64,000 nucleotides of DNA, taken from assembly GCF_009914755.1 (NCBI RefSeq), contig NC_060927.1; one strand, written 5' to 3'. The DNA is from the human T2T-CHM13v2.0 reference genome, Homo sapiens. A program made the translations under genes and the position numbers. Numbering within the stretch: position 1 is the stretch's first letter; the number at the start of each line of letters is the position of its first letter. This document shows, one piece after another, positions 1 through 14,195 of this stretch. The notes below the pieces were generated by a model. That model was not told where the DNA came from. It saw nothing but the letters and a program-made list of their open reading frames with translations, and did not search any database.

Positions 1-25
1 CTGAAAAAAAAAAAAAAAAAAAAAG

Positions 26-420
26 GGCAAGAGTGGAAACAAGGAGACAAATTTTGCAATAACTCAAGTCACGGATGATGGTGGCTTGGACCAGGGTGGT
101 AGCATTGAAGATGATGAGAAGTGGCCAGATTTTGTACATATCATGCATATGATTTCCAAAAAAAAAAAAAGAAAAGGATATGGGATGTGAGAGAAGTGTC
201 AAGGCTGACTGCAAGATTTGTGACCTGAGAAATCAGAATGATAGGGTTGCCATTAGCTGAGGTGGGAGGCTGTAGGGAAGCAGGTTGTGGGGTGTAGGAG
301 TTCAGTTTGGGGCCTGTTGAGTTTAAGATGTCTATTGAACAGTCAGGTAAGGATTTGAGTACGTAGTGGGACACATGAGTCTGGAATTCAGCAGAAGTTT
401 TGGCTGGAGATACATTTAAT
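26..420 (-). mobile_element. L2 LINE fragment
   Basis: Degenerate L2 antisense text (gatggtggcttggaccagggtggtag; ggagttcagtttggggcctgttgagtttaagatgtctattg). Confidence 0.65.
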
Positions 421-497
421 CATACTTTACATAGAGAAGATATTTAGTAAATGGTTGCTCTTTTAAATCAATATCCAGGCACTGTAGTATTCTCTCT

Positions 498-830
<333 letters not shown>

Positions 831-966
831 TAGATTGTGGTCACTGGGTTTTACATTGCCGTCCCACACCTTTTCTTTAAATGATTGATTAGTTTGGGTT
901 GGTGGGACCTACCAAGGATGTGATGTAATTAACTATTTATCTTTTTCTATTTTTTTTTTAAACTAG

Positions 967-1157
967 CTGTACCGATGGGAGATGTACCAATGGATGGTAT
1001 CTCTGTTGCTGATATTGGAGCAGCCGTCTCTAGCATTTTTAATTCTCCAGAGGAATTTTTAGGCAAGGCCGTGGGGCTCAGTGCAGAAGCACTAACAATA
1101 CAGCAATATGCTGATGTTTTGTCCAAGGCTTTGGGGAAAGAAGTCCGAGATGCAAAG
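967..1157 (+). pseudogene. NMRAL2P: Penultimate coding-like exon of NmrA-like (NMRAL1-paralogous) gene/pseudogene
   Basis: Long pyrimidine tract and AG at 965-966; 191-nt exon; donor AAG|GTGAGT at 1158. Translates VPMGDVPMDGISVADIGAAVSSIFNSPEEFLGKAVGLSAEALTIQQYADVLSKALGKEVRDAK, colinear with recalled NMRAL1 GDVPMDGMSVSDLG...VVHDAK. The symbol is from recognition, not a search. Confidence 0.85.
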
Positions 1158-1499
1158 GTGAGTTCTTAGGGGACATCCATGTGATCACAAGAGGCCACCT
1201 TGGTTAACATTCCACTGACTTACAAATTTTGGTAGACTCTCTGTGGATTTAGGCAGGATTGAACTTAAACTTTCAGAAGAAATTGAGAAGGATTGTGGTT
1301 CCATAAATCTATCTTCATCGATTGGTGCAGTGGAATCTCTCCCATATGGCTTTATTTCTTTGGCTTAGGGTTAATTGACTTGTAAAAGTAAAATTACTTT
1401 TGAGTGGAAAGAACGTAGAATGTGAAGATTGAGATACAGCCTTTTTACACACATGATCCCAACTCCTCTCATAAGTCCTTGCTGCTGACCACTTCGGTC

Positions 1500-1680
1500 G
1501 TCCAGAGCTAGCTGATGTGGAACAAGACACTTAGCTTCATTGAGCCTCAGCTTCCTCAGTTGCAAAGTGGGGAATGATAGTATCTACTTTGGGTGTTCTT
1601 GTGAAAGTTACAGAGAATATATTTAAAGGGCTTATCATAGTGTTTGGCACATGGCAGAGATGTATTGAGTCTCTATTATG
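1500..1680 (+). mobile_element. MIR
   Basis: MIR core gagcctcagcttcctcagttgcaaagtggggaatgatagtatctac. Confidence 0.75.
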
Positions 1681-1969
1681 AACCCAATGCTACTTTAAGG
1701 AATTTGCAGCAAGGTTGGAGTAAAAATATTGATGCCCATCAAGTCGCCATGATCATTATAAGACATAACACTATAGGTGCTTAATTGTGTTGTTCAGACT
1801 ATCTGTGCTATAGATGACCAGAAAACAGTGGAAGAAGGTTTCATGGAAGACGTGGGCTTGAGTTGGTCCTTGAGGGAACATGACCATGTATAGACAGAGG
1901 AGGCATCAAGAAGGCTGGCCTGGCTAATTCTGGAATAAACACGACAAACCAGAGGCAGTACGGGAAGGA

Positions 1970-2150
1970 GGCAAATTCTGGCTCTGCCTCTATCCTTGGT
2001 AATTTACTTAACCTCTCTCCATCTCAGTGTCTTCATATGTTCCAAAAAAAGTTGTTATACCTCCTTCATGGGATCATTGTGAGGATGAAATGAGATCTGT
2101 ACAGCAGGTGCTTGGCACTGGGTCTGGCATTTAGTAAGCCCTCAGCAACT
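1970..2150 (+). mobile_element. MIR
   Basis: aaattctggctctgcc...ttacttaacctctct...gtgaggatgaaatgag...ggcatttagtaagccctca. Confidence 0.75.
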
Positions 2151-2364
2151 GATCATGCTATAAATCATGCAGGAATGGCCTCCTTGTGTGGGGGGCTGCC
2201 TTCTTGGGCTTGGGGGTAAGTTATTTTCTCCAAGAAATTGTGCCTGGCCAGGACAGACTTTTTACAGAAGAGTGAGAATTGGTGATATTGGGCATCACCA
2301 GCCATTTCCCCAAGCAGGTATTGACAAGAGGAAGGGAAAAGAAAACAGGTTGTTTTCAGGGTAC

Positions 2365-2452
2365 AATGATAGAGTTGAGTAGTTCCAACAGAGAACTTAT
2401 GGCCCACAAAGCCTACAATATTTATATCTAGGCCTTTAGAAAAAAGTTTGTT
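2365..2452. mobile_element. MER58-like hAT MITE end, interrupted by an Alu
   Basis: agagttgagtagtt...tatggcccacaaagcct...ggcctttagaaaaaagtttg resembles the MER58A terminus. Confidence 0.65.
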
Positions 2453-2719
2453 TCCCAGCACTTTGGGAGGCCAAGGAGGGTGGATCACGAGGTCAGGAGT
2501 TTGAGACCAGCCTGGCGAACATGGTGAAACCCCGTCTCTACTAAAAATACAAAAATTAGCTGGGCATGGTGGTGGGCACCTGTAATCCCAGCTACTGGGG
2601 AGGCTGAGGCAGGAAAATCATTTGAACCCAGGAGGTGGAGGTTGTAGTGAGCCAAGATCGCGCCATTTCACTCCAGCCTGGGCGAGAGGGCAAGACTCCA
2701 TCTCAAAAAAAAAAAAAAA
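2453..2719 (+). mobile_element. AluS, 5'-truncated
   Basis: Starts at tcccagcactttggg; poly-A tail; agtttgtt repeated on both flanks. Confidence 0.95.
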
Positions 2720-3395
2720 TAGTTTGTTGACATATGTTCTAGAATATTTCCTAGAATTAGGGATAGAAAGTTGGTTCTTGTTTGGATCAACAGCTCTTGG
2801 TCCAATGATTCTAGAGGGGATATCTAGATTCCCAATTCAGCCTCGGGTACTGAAGTTGTGAGGAGGCAAAGAGATATTTTTTTTTTTCTGGAAAACCAGT
2901 GTGGGAGTCAATCCAGCCACAAAACCACATCTGGTTATCTCATTGAAGCCACACACACATTTCTCGGAGAGATTGTTACTCCTGAACCCAAGAAGGCAGC
3001 CACCCACTCAAAGATGGGCTCACAAGAAGATCTGCAAGGTTCCTTGCACCTGAGTACACATTTACTTCTCAGTGACCCTTCTCCCAGGCCATTTGCATTT
3101 GGGTCATATGTTCATTTTGTCTTGTGGTTTTGAACTCTGTAAGGAAGGAGAGAAAGAGAGAGCGTGAGTGTAGGGGATGAGTGTGTGTATTGATTCTTAG
3201 AGGATGCAGTAGACATTGTTCTGAATTGCTCAGAACCTTCCAAGCATCTATTAGTCATATACTTGGTCCCTGACACTTCTTGGTATACAAATTGTTTTAT
3301 AATGCAGCTGAAGCTCCTCTGGCACCACAGACTGTAGGGCATCAGAGGCTGGAACTTCTGTAGAATGGTCTGACAATTCCGGGGAAGGGTGCATC

Positions 3396-3414
3396 TGGCC
3401 ACAAGGTGGCGCTC
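3396..3414 (+). promoter_or_regulatory. CTCF motif
   Basis: TGGCCACAAGGTGGCGCTC matches 16/19 positions of the consensus TGGCCACCAGGGGGCGCTA; the CpG is retained. Confidence 0.7.
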
Positions 3415-3834
3415 CAGCCCTCACGGTCTGACTTCCTCCTACCTCCTCAAGTGGGTGTGAAATGTCTAGTTGAAACTGTCTAACCCCCAAAGGAAGATGG
3501 TTTTCTCAGAAAGTGAGACATAACAGAACAGACCTCTTTCCTTCAAAAATCTGCAGTAAAAGAATCCCTTATTTTACTGAAGTACATGTGGTATCAAAGT
3601 TATGGATGAAAGAGTGACTCAAGGAGACAGACATGAAAGAATCTTCCATGCTTCTCACATAGACTTCTATTTCCAAACTCACTTCAAATTTTCAACGTTT
3701 TTCTGATTTCAAAAATAGCAACTGCTTATTGAAGAAAACTCGGAAAATTATGAAAAAGAAAATACAAATCACACGTAGTTCAATCTCTCAGAGATAGCTA
3801 CTGTTAAGATTTGACAGATTGTCTTGTCTTTTTC

Positions 3835-4025
3835 CAGTATATATAAGTATCTATATATGTATATACTGTATATACTTATATATATTTATTGTATTAAATA
3901 TATACATATGTATATGTATATATAAGTATGTGTATATATGTATATATTTAATACAATTATTAAATTGTATTATTGTATTAAATGTATACATATATACACA
4001 CATATATATACATATGCATATATTT
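3835..4025. repeat. AT-rich (TA)n/(TATG)n low-complexity tract
   Basis: Directly visible. Confidence 0.9.
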
Positions 4026-4729
4026 AACACAGTTAAAATAACACTAAATGTACCATTTTGTTTCTGGCCTTTTCAGTTAATGTTATGAGAATTTTTCTAT
4101 TTTGTTAAACTTCTCCAAAAACATTAAACTGCATTATGTTCTGAGAGTAGATGTACCACAATTAATTCTACCATTTCTGTATTGTTGGCCATGTAGGTTG
4201 TTCTTAATTTTCTCATTATTATGAATGCATGTGACAATCATTGTTTTGCCTAAGTTGTTTGTGTCTGTCACCTTTTTTAAAGGCCAAGTAAAATTGCAAA
4301 GTCAGAGTTTATCTCTGAGGGCTAAAGACAGATTATACTGGATCCAATAGAAATGATTTTTAGCTAATTCAGTAGGGGGAATTATGGATCTAGTTAGTGT
4401 TAGAAAGGATTCAAGGAGTGGATTTTATGGAAGGTGACAGAAGGCAGCTCAGTTGGTGTGGGATGGGCTCCATTTCTGCTTGGGCCTGGCCTTGGCAAAG
4501 GCTGGGGCAATTGGAGGTAAAATACAGACCTCTAACCAAGAAAGGGAGCGAGGATGGATGGGCCATCAGCCAGGTGAGAAGGAGAGCCTGGTGCCAGAGA
4601 GGGGGGATCTTGATGCCGCATGGAGGCCCAGGTGGGTGGACGGTTTCAGAGGGCTGGTGGGGGAATACGAAGAGGAAGTATAGGCAAGAGCACTGTGAGG
4701 TGCTATTCACATGAAGGCTGGTACAGATC

Positions 4730-5060
4730 TACAGTACCTTACCCAAAAGGCTTGGGGCCAGAAACAATTCAGCTTTAGGAATCTTTCGGCTTTTAGATAG
4801 GTTATTGTCTACATATATAACATCACCAGCACGGGCTGGAGCAGGAACCTGTAATCAAACACATCTGTATCTCTGCAGGCAAATATTTGAATGTTTCCAC
4901 TAAATGGTATGATTAAAGACCATAAATAGCTTCACATAGTTAGATCAGGTTTGCCACTAATTTAGTTCAAAAAGGTCAGTTTGCTGCCAAATGGCTTATG
5001 GGGGAAAAAAAACTTTAGAGTCTCTTGGATTTTGGAGTTAGGCTAAAGAATTGTGGACCT
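4730..5060. mobile_element. Tigger-type non-autonomous DNA transposon (MER46C-like)
   Basis: Resembles the recalled consensus (ttggggccag..., caaacacat..., ttggattttggagt...attgtggacctg). Confidence 0.5.
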
Positions 5061-5358
<298 letters not shown>

Positions 5359-5458
5359 GAATTATGGACCTGTGTCATCATTAAGGTGAATAATGTCATT
5401 TCAAACTATTTTAAGTATGGGCTATAACATTTTCTGTCTTCTTATTTGTTCTTAAAAG

Positions 5459-5638
5459 ATTACCCCGGAAGCTTTCGAGAAGCTGGGATTCCCTGCAGCA
5501 AAGGAAATAGCCAATATGTGTCGTTTCTATGAAATGAAGCCAGACCGAGATGTCAATCTCACCCACCAACTAAATCCCAAAGTCAAAAGCTTCAGCCAGT
5601 TTATCTCAGAGAACCAGGGAGCCTTCAAGGGCATGTAG
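5459..5638 (+). pseudogene. NMRAL2P: Terminal coding-like exon of NmrA-like gene/pseudogene
   Basis: Pyrimidine tract and AG at 5457-5458; phase 0, in frame with the previous exon. Translates ITPEAFEKLGFPAAKEIANMCRFYEMKPDRDVNLTHQLNPKVKSFSQFISENQGAFKGM* (TAG 5636-5638), gap-free against the recalled 59-aa NMRAL1 C-terminus [24 protein letters not shown]... Confidence 0.85.
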
Positions 5639-6680
5639 AAAATCAGCTGTTCAGATAGGCCTCTGCACCACACAGCCTCTTTCCTCTCTGATCCTTTTCC
5701 TCTTTACGGCACAACATTCATGTTGACAGAACATGCTGGAATGCAATTGTTTGCAACACCGAAGGATTTCCTGCGGTCGCCTCTTCAGTAGGAAGCACTG
5801 CATTGGTGATAGGACACGGTAATTTGATTCACATTTAACTTGCTAGTTAGTGATAAGGGTGGTACACCTGTTTGGTAAAATGAGAAGCCTCGGAACTTGG
5901 AGCTTCTCTCCTACCACTAATGGGAGGGCAGATTATACTGGGATTTCTCCTGGGTGAGTAATTTCAAGCCCTAATGCTGAAATTCCCCTAGGCAGCTCCA
6001 GTTTTCTCAACTGCATTGCAAAATTCCCAGTGAACTTTTAAGTACTTTTAACTTAAAAAAATGAACATCTTTGTAGAGAATTTTCTGGGGAACATGGTGT
6101 TCAATGAACAAGCACAAGCATTGGAAATGCTAAAATTCAGTTTTGCCTCAAGATTGGAAGTTTATTTTCTGACTCATTCATGAAGTCATCTATTGAGCCA
6201 CCATTCAATTATTCATCTATTAATTCCTTGATCCTTCATTTATCCATTCTGCAAACTTTTCTTGAGCACCAGCACGGGTGGCCATTTGTGGACTTCTCTT
6301 CATTCCTATGTGTTTTCTTATCAAAGTGATCCACTCTCGAAAGGCTCCTTTCCAGTCTGTGGTTGGGTTCAAGTCATGCCAGGGCCAGGGGGCCCATCTC
6401 CTCGTTTAGCTCTAGGCAAAATCCAGGGGATCTGCAGTGGGGAGCGGGGGCAGGAAGCTGGAGGGAAGGCCTGTGAAGGGTAGGGATGTGGAAAGACAAG
6501 GTGACAGAAGGACCCAATAGGACCTTTCTATATCTCTGGCTTAGCATTTTCTACATCATATTGTAATCGTCTTATTTGCTAGTTTTCTTCCTTACTGTGA
6601 GTGACTAACAGTCATCTTTATCCCAGTGCCTGGTACATAATAAGTGATCAATAAATGTGGATTGACTAAATGAGTAAATA
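5639..6680 (+). other. NMRAL2P: Putative 3' UTR of the terminal exon
   Basis: Runs from the stop codon to the first AATAAA I found downstream (6650). Confidence 0.55.
6650..6655 (+). terminator. Polyadenylation signal AATAAA inside an L2 3'-end fragment
   Basis: cagtgcctggtacataataagtgatcAATAAAtgt resembles the L2 terminus gtgcctggcacatagtaggtgctcaataaatg. Confidence 0.55.
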
Positions 6681-6708
6681 GTTAATTCTATCATTACAAG
6701 AAAAGAGT

Positions 6709-7044
<336 letters not shown>

Positions 7045-7638
7045 TTATCCCCCCAAAAGAACTACCAACTGATACTTTTTAAGGGCGAGCGATTGTCCAC
7101 TTCCGGGAAGGGGGCTTCCCCCACTATCCAGCATGTGATGATAGAAGTCCCTGAGCAAGGACAGAGATGGTGGTGCCTGTGTGAGAGCCCTTGGCCTGGA
7201 ATCTCACTCAGGAGAGAGAGACTTGGTGGTGGCAAAAGCCAGCCTTTTTTCTTTTAGAGCTCCCAGGGATAAGTATTGAATAAATGATGTTGAAGTTGTT
7301 GCAAGCAAATTTTTATCTCGGGGGGAAATCACAATTGAAGTGCATTTGAGGACCACTCTCCTTTTCAAAGTACCAAGTCCCCAGCAATAAATTTAGTGCA
7401 ACTTAAGTGCTCAGCCCTGGGAAATGGGCCTGGATAAATTTCTAAAAAGGGAAAAGAAAAAGAAAAACAAAACCCTAAACTAAAAATAGATGACTTATTA
7501 CTCATCTGGGTGGGCCAGACAGGAAGAACGACTGCTGTTCCCTAAATAACCTCAGGGTCCCCCATGTGGAGAGTGACTATAGGCCCAAGGGTCCCCGGAC
7601 TTTTTGTGTGTTTGCTGGGATGGCAGGTTGGTTCTTTA

Positions 7639-8297
<659 letters not shown>

Positions 8298-8779
8298 AAG
8301 ACTGAGACAGGCCAGGGCTGTCATGGATCAGTCCCAACAATTGTTCCTGGAAAGCATGAGAAGTCCTTCCAGGATTTAGAACCAAACTTTGCAGTGGCTG
8401 ATCTGAAATGAGACTGTGCACTTTAGGGACCTCAATCTCACATAACAAAGAAGGGAAAATAACTTCCAACTAGTCTGAGACATTTTAATATTTGTTGACA
8501 GTGGACAAAAGATTCCACCCACTATCCTCTCCCAGTCCTGCCCAACAGTCTCCAGGCCAAAGGAGGGAAAGGATTCCCTTTGCAGTTGTTCAGGTAGAGA
8601 CTTGGGGACCCAAGAGAGGCACAGAAGGTGGAAATAGGGCCGTGCATCTCAGTGAACAAGAGCACCCTTTGTTGTCCAGGAGTAGATTAGGGTTGGGGGT
8701 GTGGGCGATGGAATAGAAAGGATGCAGAAGATCTCTCTCCGTGATTCCAGAAATGACCCTAGAAATTCAAGCTACAAAG

Positions 8780-8965
8780 TCAGATAATCCTGGATTTGAT
8801 TGCCTCTGCCACTGACAAGTTGTGTGAACTTGGTCAAGTTACTTGATTTCTAGGCTTGGTCTCCCCATCCTCACTGGGGACTGCTGGGGGGACTGAAAGA
8901 TTGAAAGCATGAGAGGCACTTTGTATAGTCTTTGCCAGGTAGTAAGTGCTCAAGAAACAGCTGTA
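8780..8965 (+). mobile_element. MIR
   Basis: cctctgccactgacaagttgtgtgaacttggtcaagttacttga. Confidence 0.7.
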
Positions 8966-8991
8966 ATTATTCTCTCTTCTCTCTCTCTCTC

Positions 8992-9293
8992 TTTTTTTTT
9001 TTTTTTTTTTTTTTTGAGACAGAGGCTCTTGTTGTCCAGGCTGGAGTGCAATGGTGCAATCTTGGCTCACTGCAACCTCCGCCTCCCGGGTTCAAGCGAT
9101 TCTCTCTTGTCTCAGCCTCCCGAATAGCTGGGATTGCAGGCGCGCGCTGCCACGCCCAGCTAATTTTGTATTTTTGGTGGAGACAGGGTTTCTCCATGTT
9201 GGTCAGGCTGGTCTCGAACTACTGACCTTAGGTGATCTGCCCTCCTCGGCTTCCCAAAGTGTTGGAATTACAGGCATGAGCCACGGCGCCCGG
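8992..9293 (-). mobile_element. AluS
   Basis: TSD aaacagctgtaattatt / aaacagctataattatt. Confidence 0.95.
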
Positions 9294-9480
9294 CAAAAAA
9301 ACAGCTATAATTATTGTTGAGCATAATTCCTCCCCTTGCCTCCTTCATATGCCTCCCAAAATTCTGAAGTGCCCCCTGGGCGGTTCCCAGTGTCGCCTGA
9401 CCTTGGCCTCCTGGACTGCAGGTTCATCTTGCTCTAACCGCCCGCTGCCCGGTGTCCCGTCCCTTCCCAGCTTCCTTCTC

Positions 9481-9499
9481 CCACCACTAGATGGCAGTA
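9481..9499 (+). promoter_or_regulatory. CTCF motif
   Basis: ccaCCACTAGATGGCAGTA fits the core CCAC[CT]AG[AG][GT]GGC[AG][GC]TA; lies in a CpG-richer unique stretch. Confidence 0.7.
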
Positions 9500-9933
9500 T
9501 GAGTCCAGCATAAGAAAGGATCGCTCCAGCCTCATCCCAGGTGATTTTTTCCCCGGGCTTTTTTGGGGAATAAAGCCAAAGGAGATAGTTATACGGCGCA
9601 TCTTAAAGCCTTGTCGGTTACCCTCCGTGGCCATTTCGACAGACATGCGCTGGTCACCTTCTCTGGGGTGAAGTGCCTTCTCCGTGCCGGATTTGAGATT
9701 AAGGGAAGGAAAGGGAGGACCAAGGGATTATCCAAAGGCTCCAGCACTGGCTCGCCCCATGCAGAGGAAGGCCCTCAGGCTAAGGGTGAGCCTTCTGCAT
9801 AGAGGGGTCTCAGACCCTGCTCCAGGAGTGCAGAGCACAGGGCCTGCCCTTTCTCCGCCTGGCAGCCGGGGCCGAGCCTTGCTGGATGCTGGTGCTCCTG
9901 CTGCTGGCTTCTCCGCTGGCCACACTGCTTGTC

Positions 9934-10000
9934 ATCCTCTCCCCAACCCAAGGGACCTTTGCAACTCTGAAATCCCATCAAGACTACACAAGGGGCAGAG
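9934..10000 (+). repeat. Dispersed direct repeat, copy A (partner 11779-11844)
   Basis: atcctctccccaacccaagggacctttgcaactctgaaatcccatcaagactacacaaggggcagag. Confidence 0.85.
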
Positions 10001-10195
10001 ACAATTCACTAAAAGGAAACTGGGGCACTGTTAGGAAGTGCGTATTGAACGGCCCTCAGGCACTGTCCATTCTCCCAAGTAACAGAGCAGAACACTCTGG
10101 CAATGTAGTCCTGACTTGGACTCCTCATAGGAGTGAGCAGGAAGGCAATAACATGAATTTTAAACCATCTCGAGTAGAAGTTGCTATAGCATTTC

Positions 10196-10626
10196 TTTCT
10201 CCTTCCTTCCTTCCTTCCTTCCTTCCTTCCTTCCTTCCTTCCTTCCTTCCTCCCTCCCTCTCTCTCTTTTTTTTCTTTCTTTCTTTCTTCTCTCTCTCTC
10301 TCTCTTTCTTTCTTCTCTTTCTCTCTCTTTCTTTTCTTTTTTTTTTGAGATAGAGTCTTGCTCTGTCACCCAGGCTGGAGTGCAGTGGCGCGATCTCGGC
10401 TCACTGCAACCTCCGCCTCCCGGTTCAAGTGATTCTCCTGCCTCAGCTTCCTGAGTAGCTGGGATTACAGGCGCCCCGCCACCACGTCTGGCTAATTTTT
10501 GTATTTTTAGTAGAGACGGGGTTTCACCATGGTGGCCAGGCTGGTCTTGAACTCCTGACTTCATGATCCGCCTGCCTCGTCCTCCCAAAGTGCTGGGACT
10601 ACAGACGCGAGCCACTGCACCTTGGC
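10196..10626 (-). mobile_element. AluS with tail expanded into a (CCTT)n/(CT)n microsatellite
   Basis: TSD gctatagcatttct on both sides. Confidence 0.95.
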
Positions 10627-10649
10627 TGCTATAGCATTTCTGACGGGCT

Positions 10650-11490
<841 letters not shown>

Positions 11491-11539
11491 TTAACAAATA
11501 TTATTTATCGATTGTCCTGTCTTCCTTATAACAAATATA

Positions 11540-11770
11540 ATAATTATTTATGAGTGTTTACTATGTCCTAGCCACTCTAAGAGATGAAGGTATACACTTT
11601 CATTGAATCTTATATCGACACTCTAAGAAAGATTATCTTCTCATTTTATAGATAAAGAAACATACTTCACAGAGTTTAGGTAACGTGCTCAAAGTCACAG
11701 TTATTAGGAGTCAGGATTTAAATCTAAGTCTGTATGTTTCCAAAGTCCATGAGCTTTTCACCACACACTA
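11540..11770 (-). mobile_element. MIR
   Basis: ctcattttatagataaagaaaca...gtaacgtgctcaaagtcacag. Confidence 0.7.
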
Positions 11771-11778
11771 GAACTTCG

Positions 11779-11844
11779 ATCCTCCCTCCCAACCAAGGGA
11801 CGCTTGCAGCTCTGAAGTCCCATCAAGACCACACAAGGGCAGAG
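11779..11844 (+). repeat. Dispersed direct repeat, copy B (partner 9934-10000)
   Basis: atcctccctcccaaccaagggacgcttgcagctctgaagtcccatcaagaccacacaagggcagag. Confidence 0.85.
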
Positions 11845-12421
11845 TTCTCAAGTTATAAAAGGATTCGGTCATCAGATTCATTCAGAATTCAGTTGTTTGG
11901 AATTTGGACATATTCTCCTTAGAAACAATGTATAAATGCTAATGTGCAACACTGTATAAAGATCAACTCTAAAAGTTGGTGAAACCCATCTACCCATATG
12001 CTGTGAAACCACAACTTTCCATAGGATATTGCTTGTTAATCCTGTCTCCCAGATGCACACACAAGAGAATAACGAAACTAACACTGGGGTGAGGACAAGG
12101 CAGTGCTTGGCGGAGGGCGGGCTCAACATTCGCGCATGTGCAGAAAGAGAATGCGGAGCCACGGTGTCCTCAGGCTACCGGCAAGGCCGTGGATCTGCGT
12201 GGCTAACGGGGGGCAAGACAGGGGTCAAGGGGCTGAGTGTGGAAGCCCTGCGTGGAAATCGAGAGAGCCCTCAGGAGGTCTTGGGGGATCAAACCCAAAG
12301 GTTTCCAAGAGCCGGGCTGGTAGATGAAGGAAACAAGCCAGATGTAGCACAGAAGGGAGTGGTGGCGACTGTACCGACAGGAGACCGTGCGACCCACCTA
12401 AAGGCAATACAAATACATTTA

Positions 12422-12770
<349 letters not shown>

Positions 12771-12969
12771 CCCAGATGTAACTTGTGTCAGTTATTACTA
12801 AATGGTGGTTTTCTGACTTTAGGATTAATTCCTGAACCCTCTGATTTTGTGGAAGGGCTGGGACTTGGTGAAGCTGTAGGTATTGTGAGTGACTGGCCTG
12901 ATCACGAGGGGAAGGAGCACCCACAGAATGCCAGGGTCCTCCTCTTTGGCAGTGGGGAACTATTGGGTG

Positions 12970-13034
12970 TTATTATAGCAGCTATCATCACCTTAATCAG
13001 TACAGTATTTTTATGCCCCTTTTATAGAGAAGTA
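12970..13034 (+). repeat. 65-bp copy of 13988-14052
   Basis: 63/65 identical by manual alignment. Confidence 0.95.
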
Positions 13035-13204
13035 GTGGGTGTTGGCTGTGGGGTGAAGGGGTTGAGGAGCTTGTCAGCAGGCCTCACTCCTATCTGTGTT
13101 ATTACAAATAAAGCATTCCCTCATTGCTTCTGGCAAATGTTTGGCCATGGGGAAAAGAAAGAAGCAAGTAACCAACATTTGTTGAAAACTGTACTGTTTC
13201 ATAG

Positions 13205-13529
<325 letters not shown>

Positions 13530-13580
13530 TCATAGTCACTCTTTTATTTAAGCTTAGTATCTCCCTGAAAAGTTGGTGTA

Positions 13581-14022
13581 TGTGGCAAAGACTAGCTAGA
13601 TGTTTACCAATCTTGGTTTCCTTGTCTTCTTTGGTACATACACAGCTGGACCTCATTTCTCAGCGTTTTTTTGCAATTACAAAAACACTGTAATTAAAAA
13701 ATTAATTACAGCTGTAGGACTGTTCTAGACACTAGCATGTGAGTGGAAGTGGTGTGTGACACTTCTAGGCCTGGCATAAATCTCTTCCACTTGCCACAGT
13801 CCTCCATCATCTTCCCCTCACCTTTGGACTGATGTCCATGCTGATGACTTTGGTGGAGCCCAGCCACCTAAATTCCCTCTTAGAGGAGAGCGGCTCACAG
13901 ATTAGGAGCACCTGTTTTCAATTTTATGTGAACACAAAATAAACTTCCATAACATTAGAGGCAATTGACATTTTTGAGGGTGTGTGTTTATTATAGCAGC
14001 TATCATCACCTTAATCAGTACA
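13581..14022 (+). mobile_element. MaLR LTR (MLT1-type)
   Basis: Starts TG, ends ...ttatagcagc...cttaatcagtaCA; aataaacttc present; inserted into a MIR. Confidence 0.65.
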
Positions 14023-14195
14023 GTATTTTTATGCCCATTTTATGGAGAAGTAAACTGAGGCCCAGAGAGTCGAGTGACTTGCCCAAGGTCACACAGCTGA
14101 AAAGTAATGAATTCGAACCCAGATTTATCTAGCTGTTGAACCCAGATTTATCTAGCTGTTAAACCCAGGATCTTTCTACAATGACACACTGCCTC
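14023..14195 (-). mobile_element. MIR with an internal 23-bp tandem duplication
   Basis: cccattttatggagaagtaaactgaggcccagagag...gacttgcccaaggtcacacagct. Confidence 0.8.

Noticed and set aside
9886-10353. 155-aa ORF with a hydrophobic, signal-peptide-like start (MLVLLLLASPLATLLVIL)
   Set aside because: Weak Kozak context, no recognisable family, and its length comes from running into the (CCTT)n tail of an Alu.
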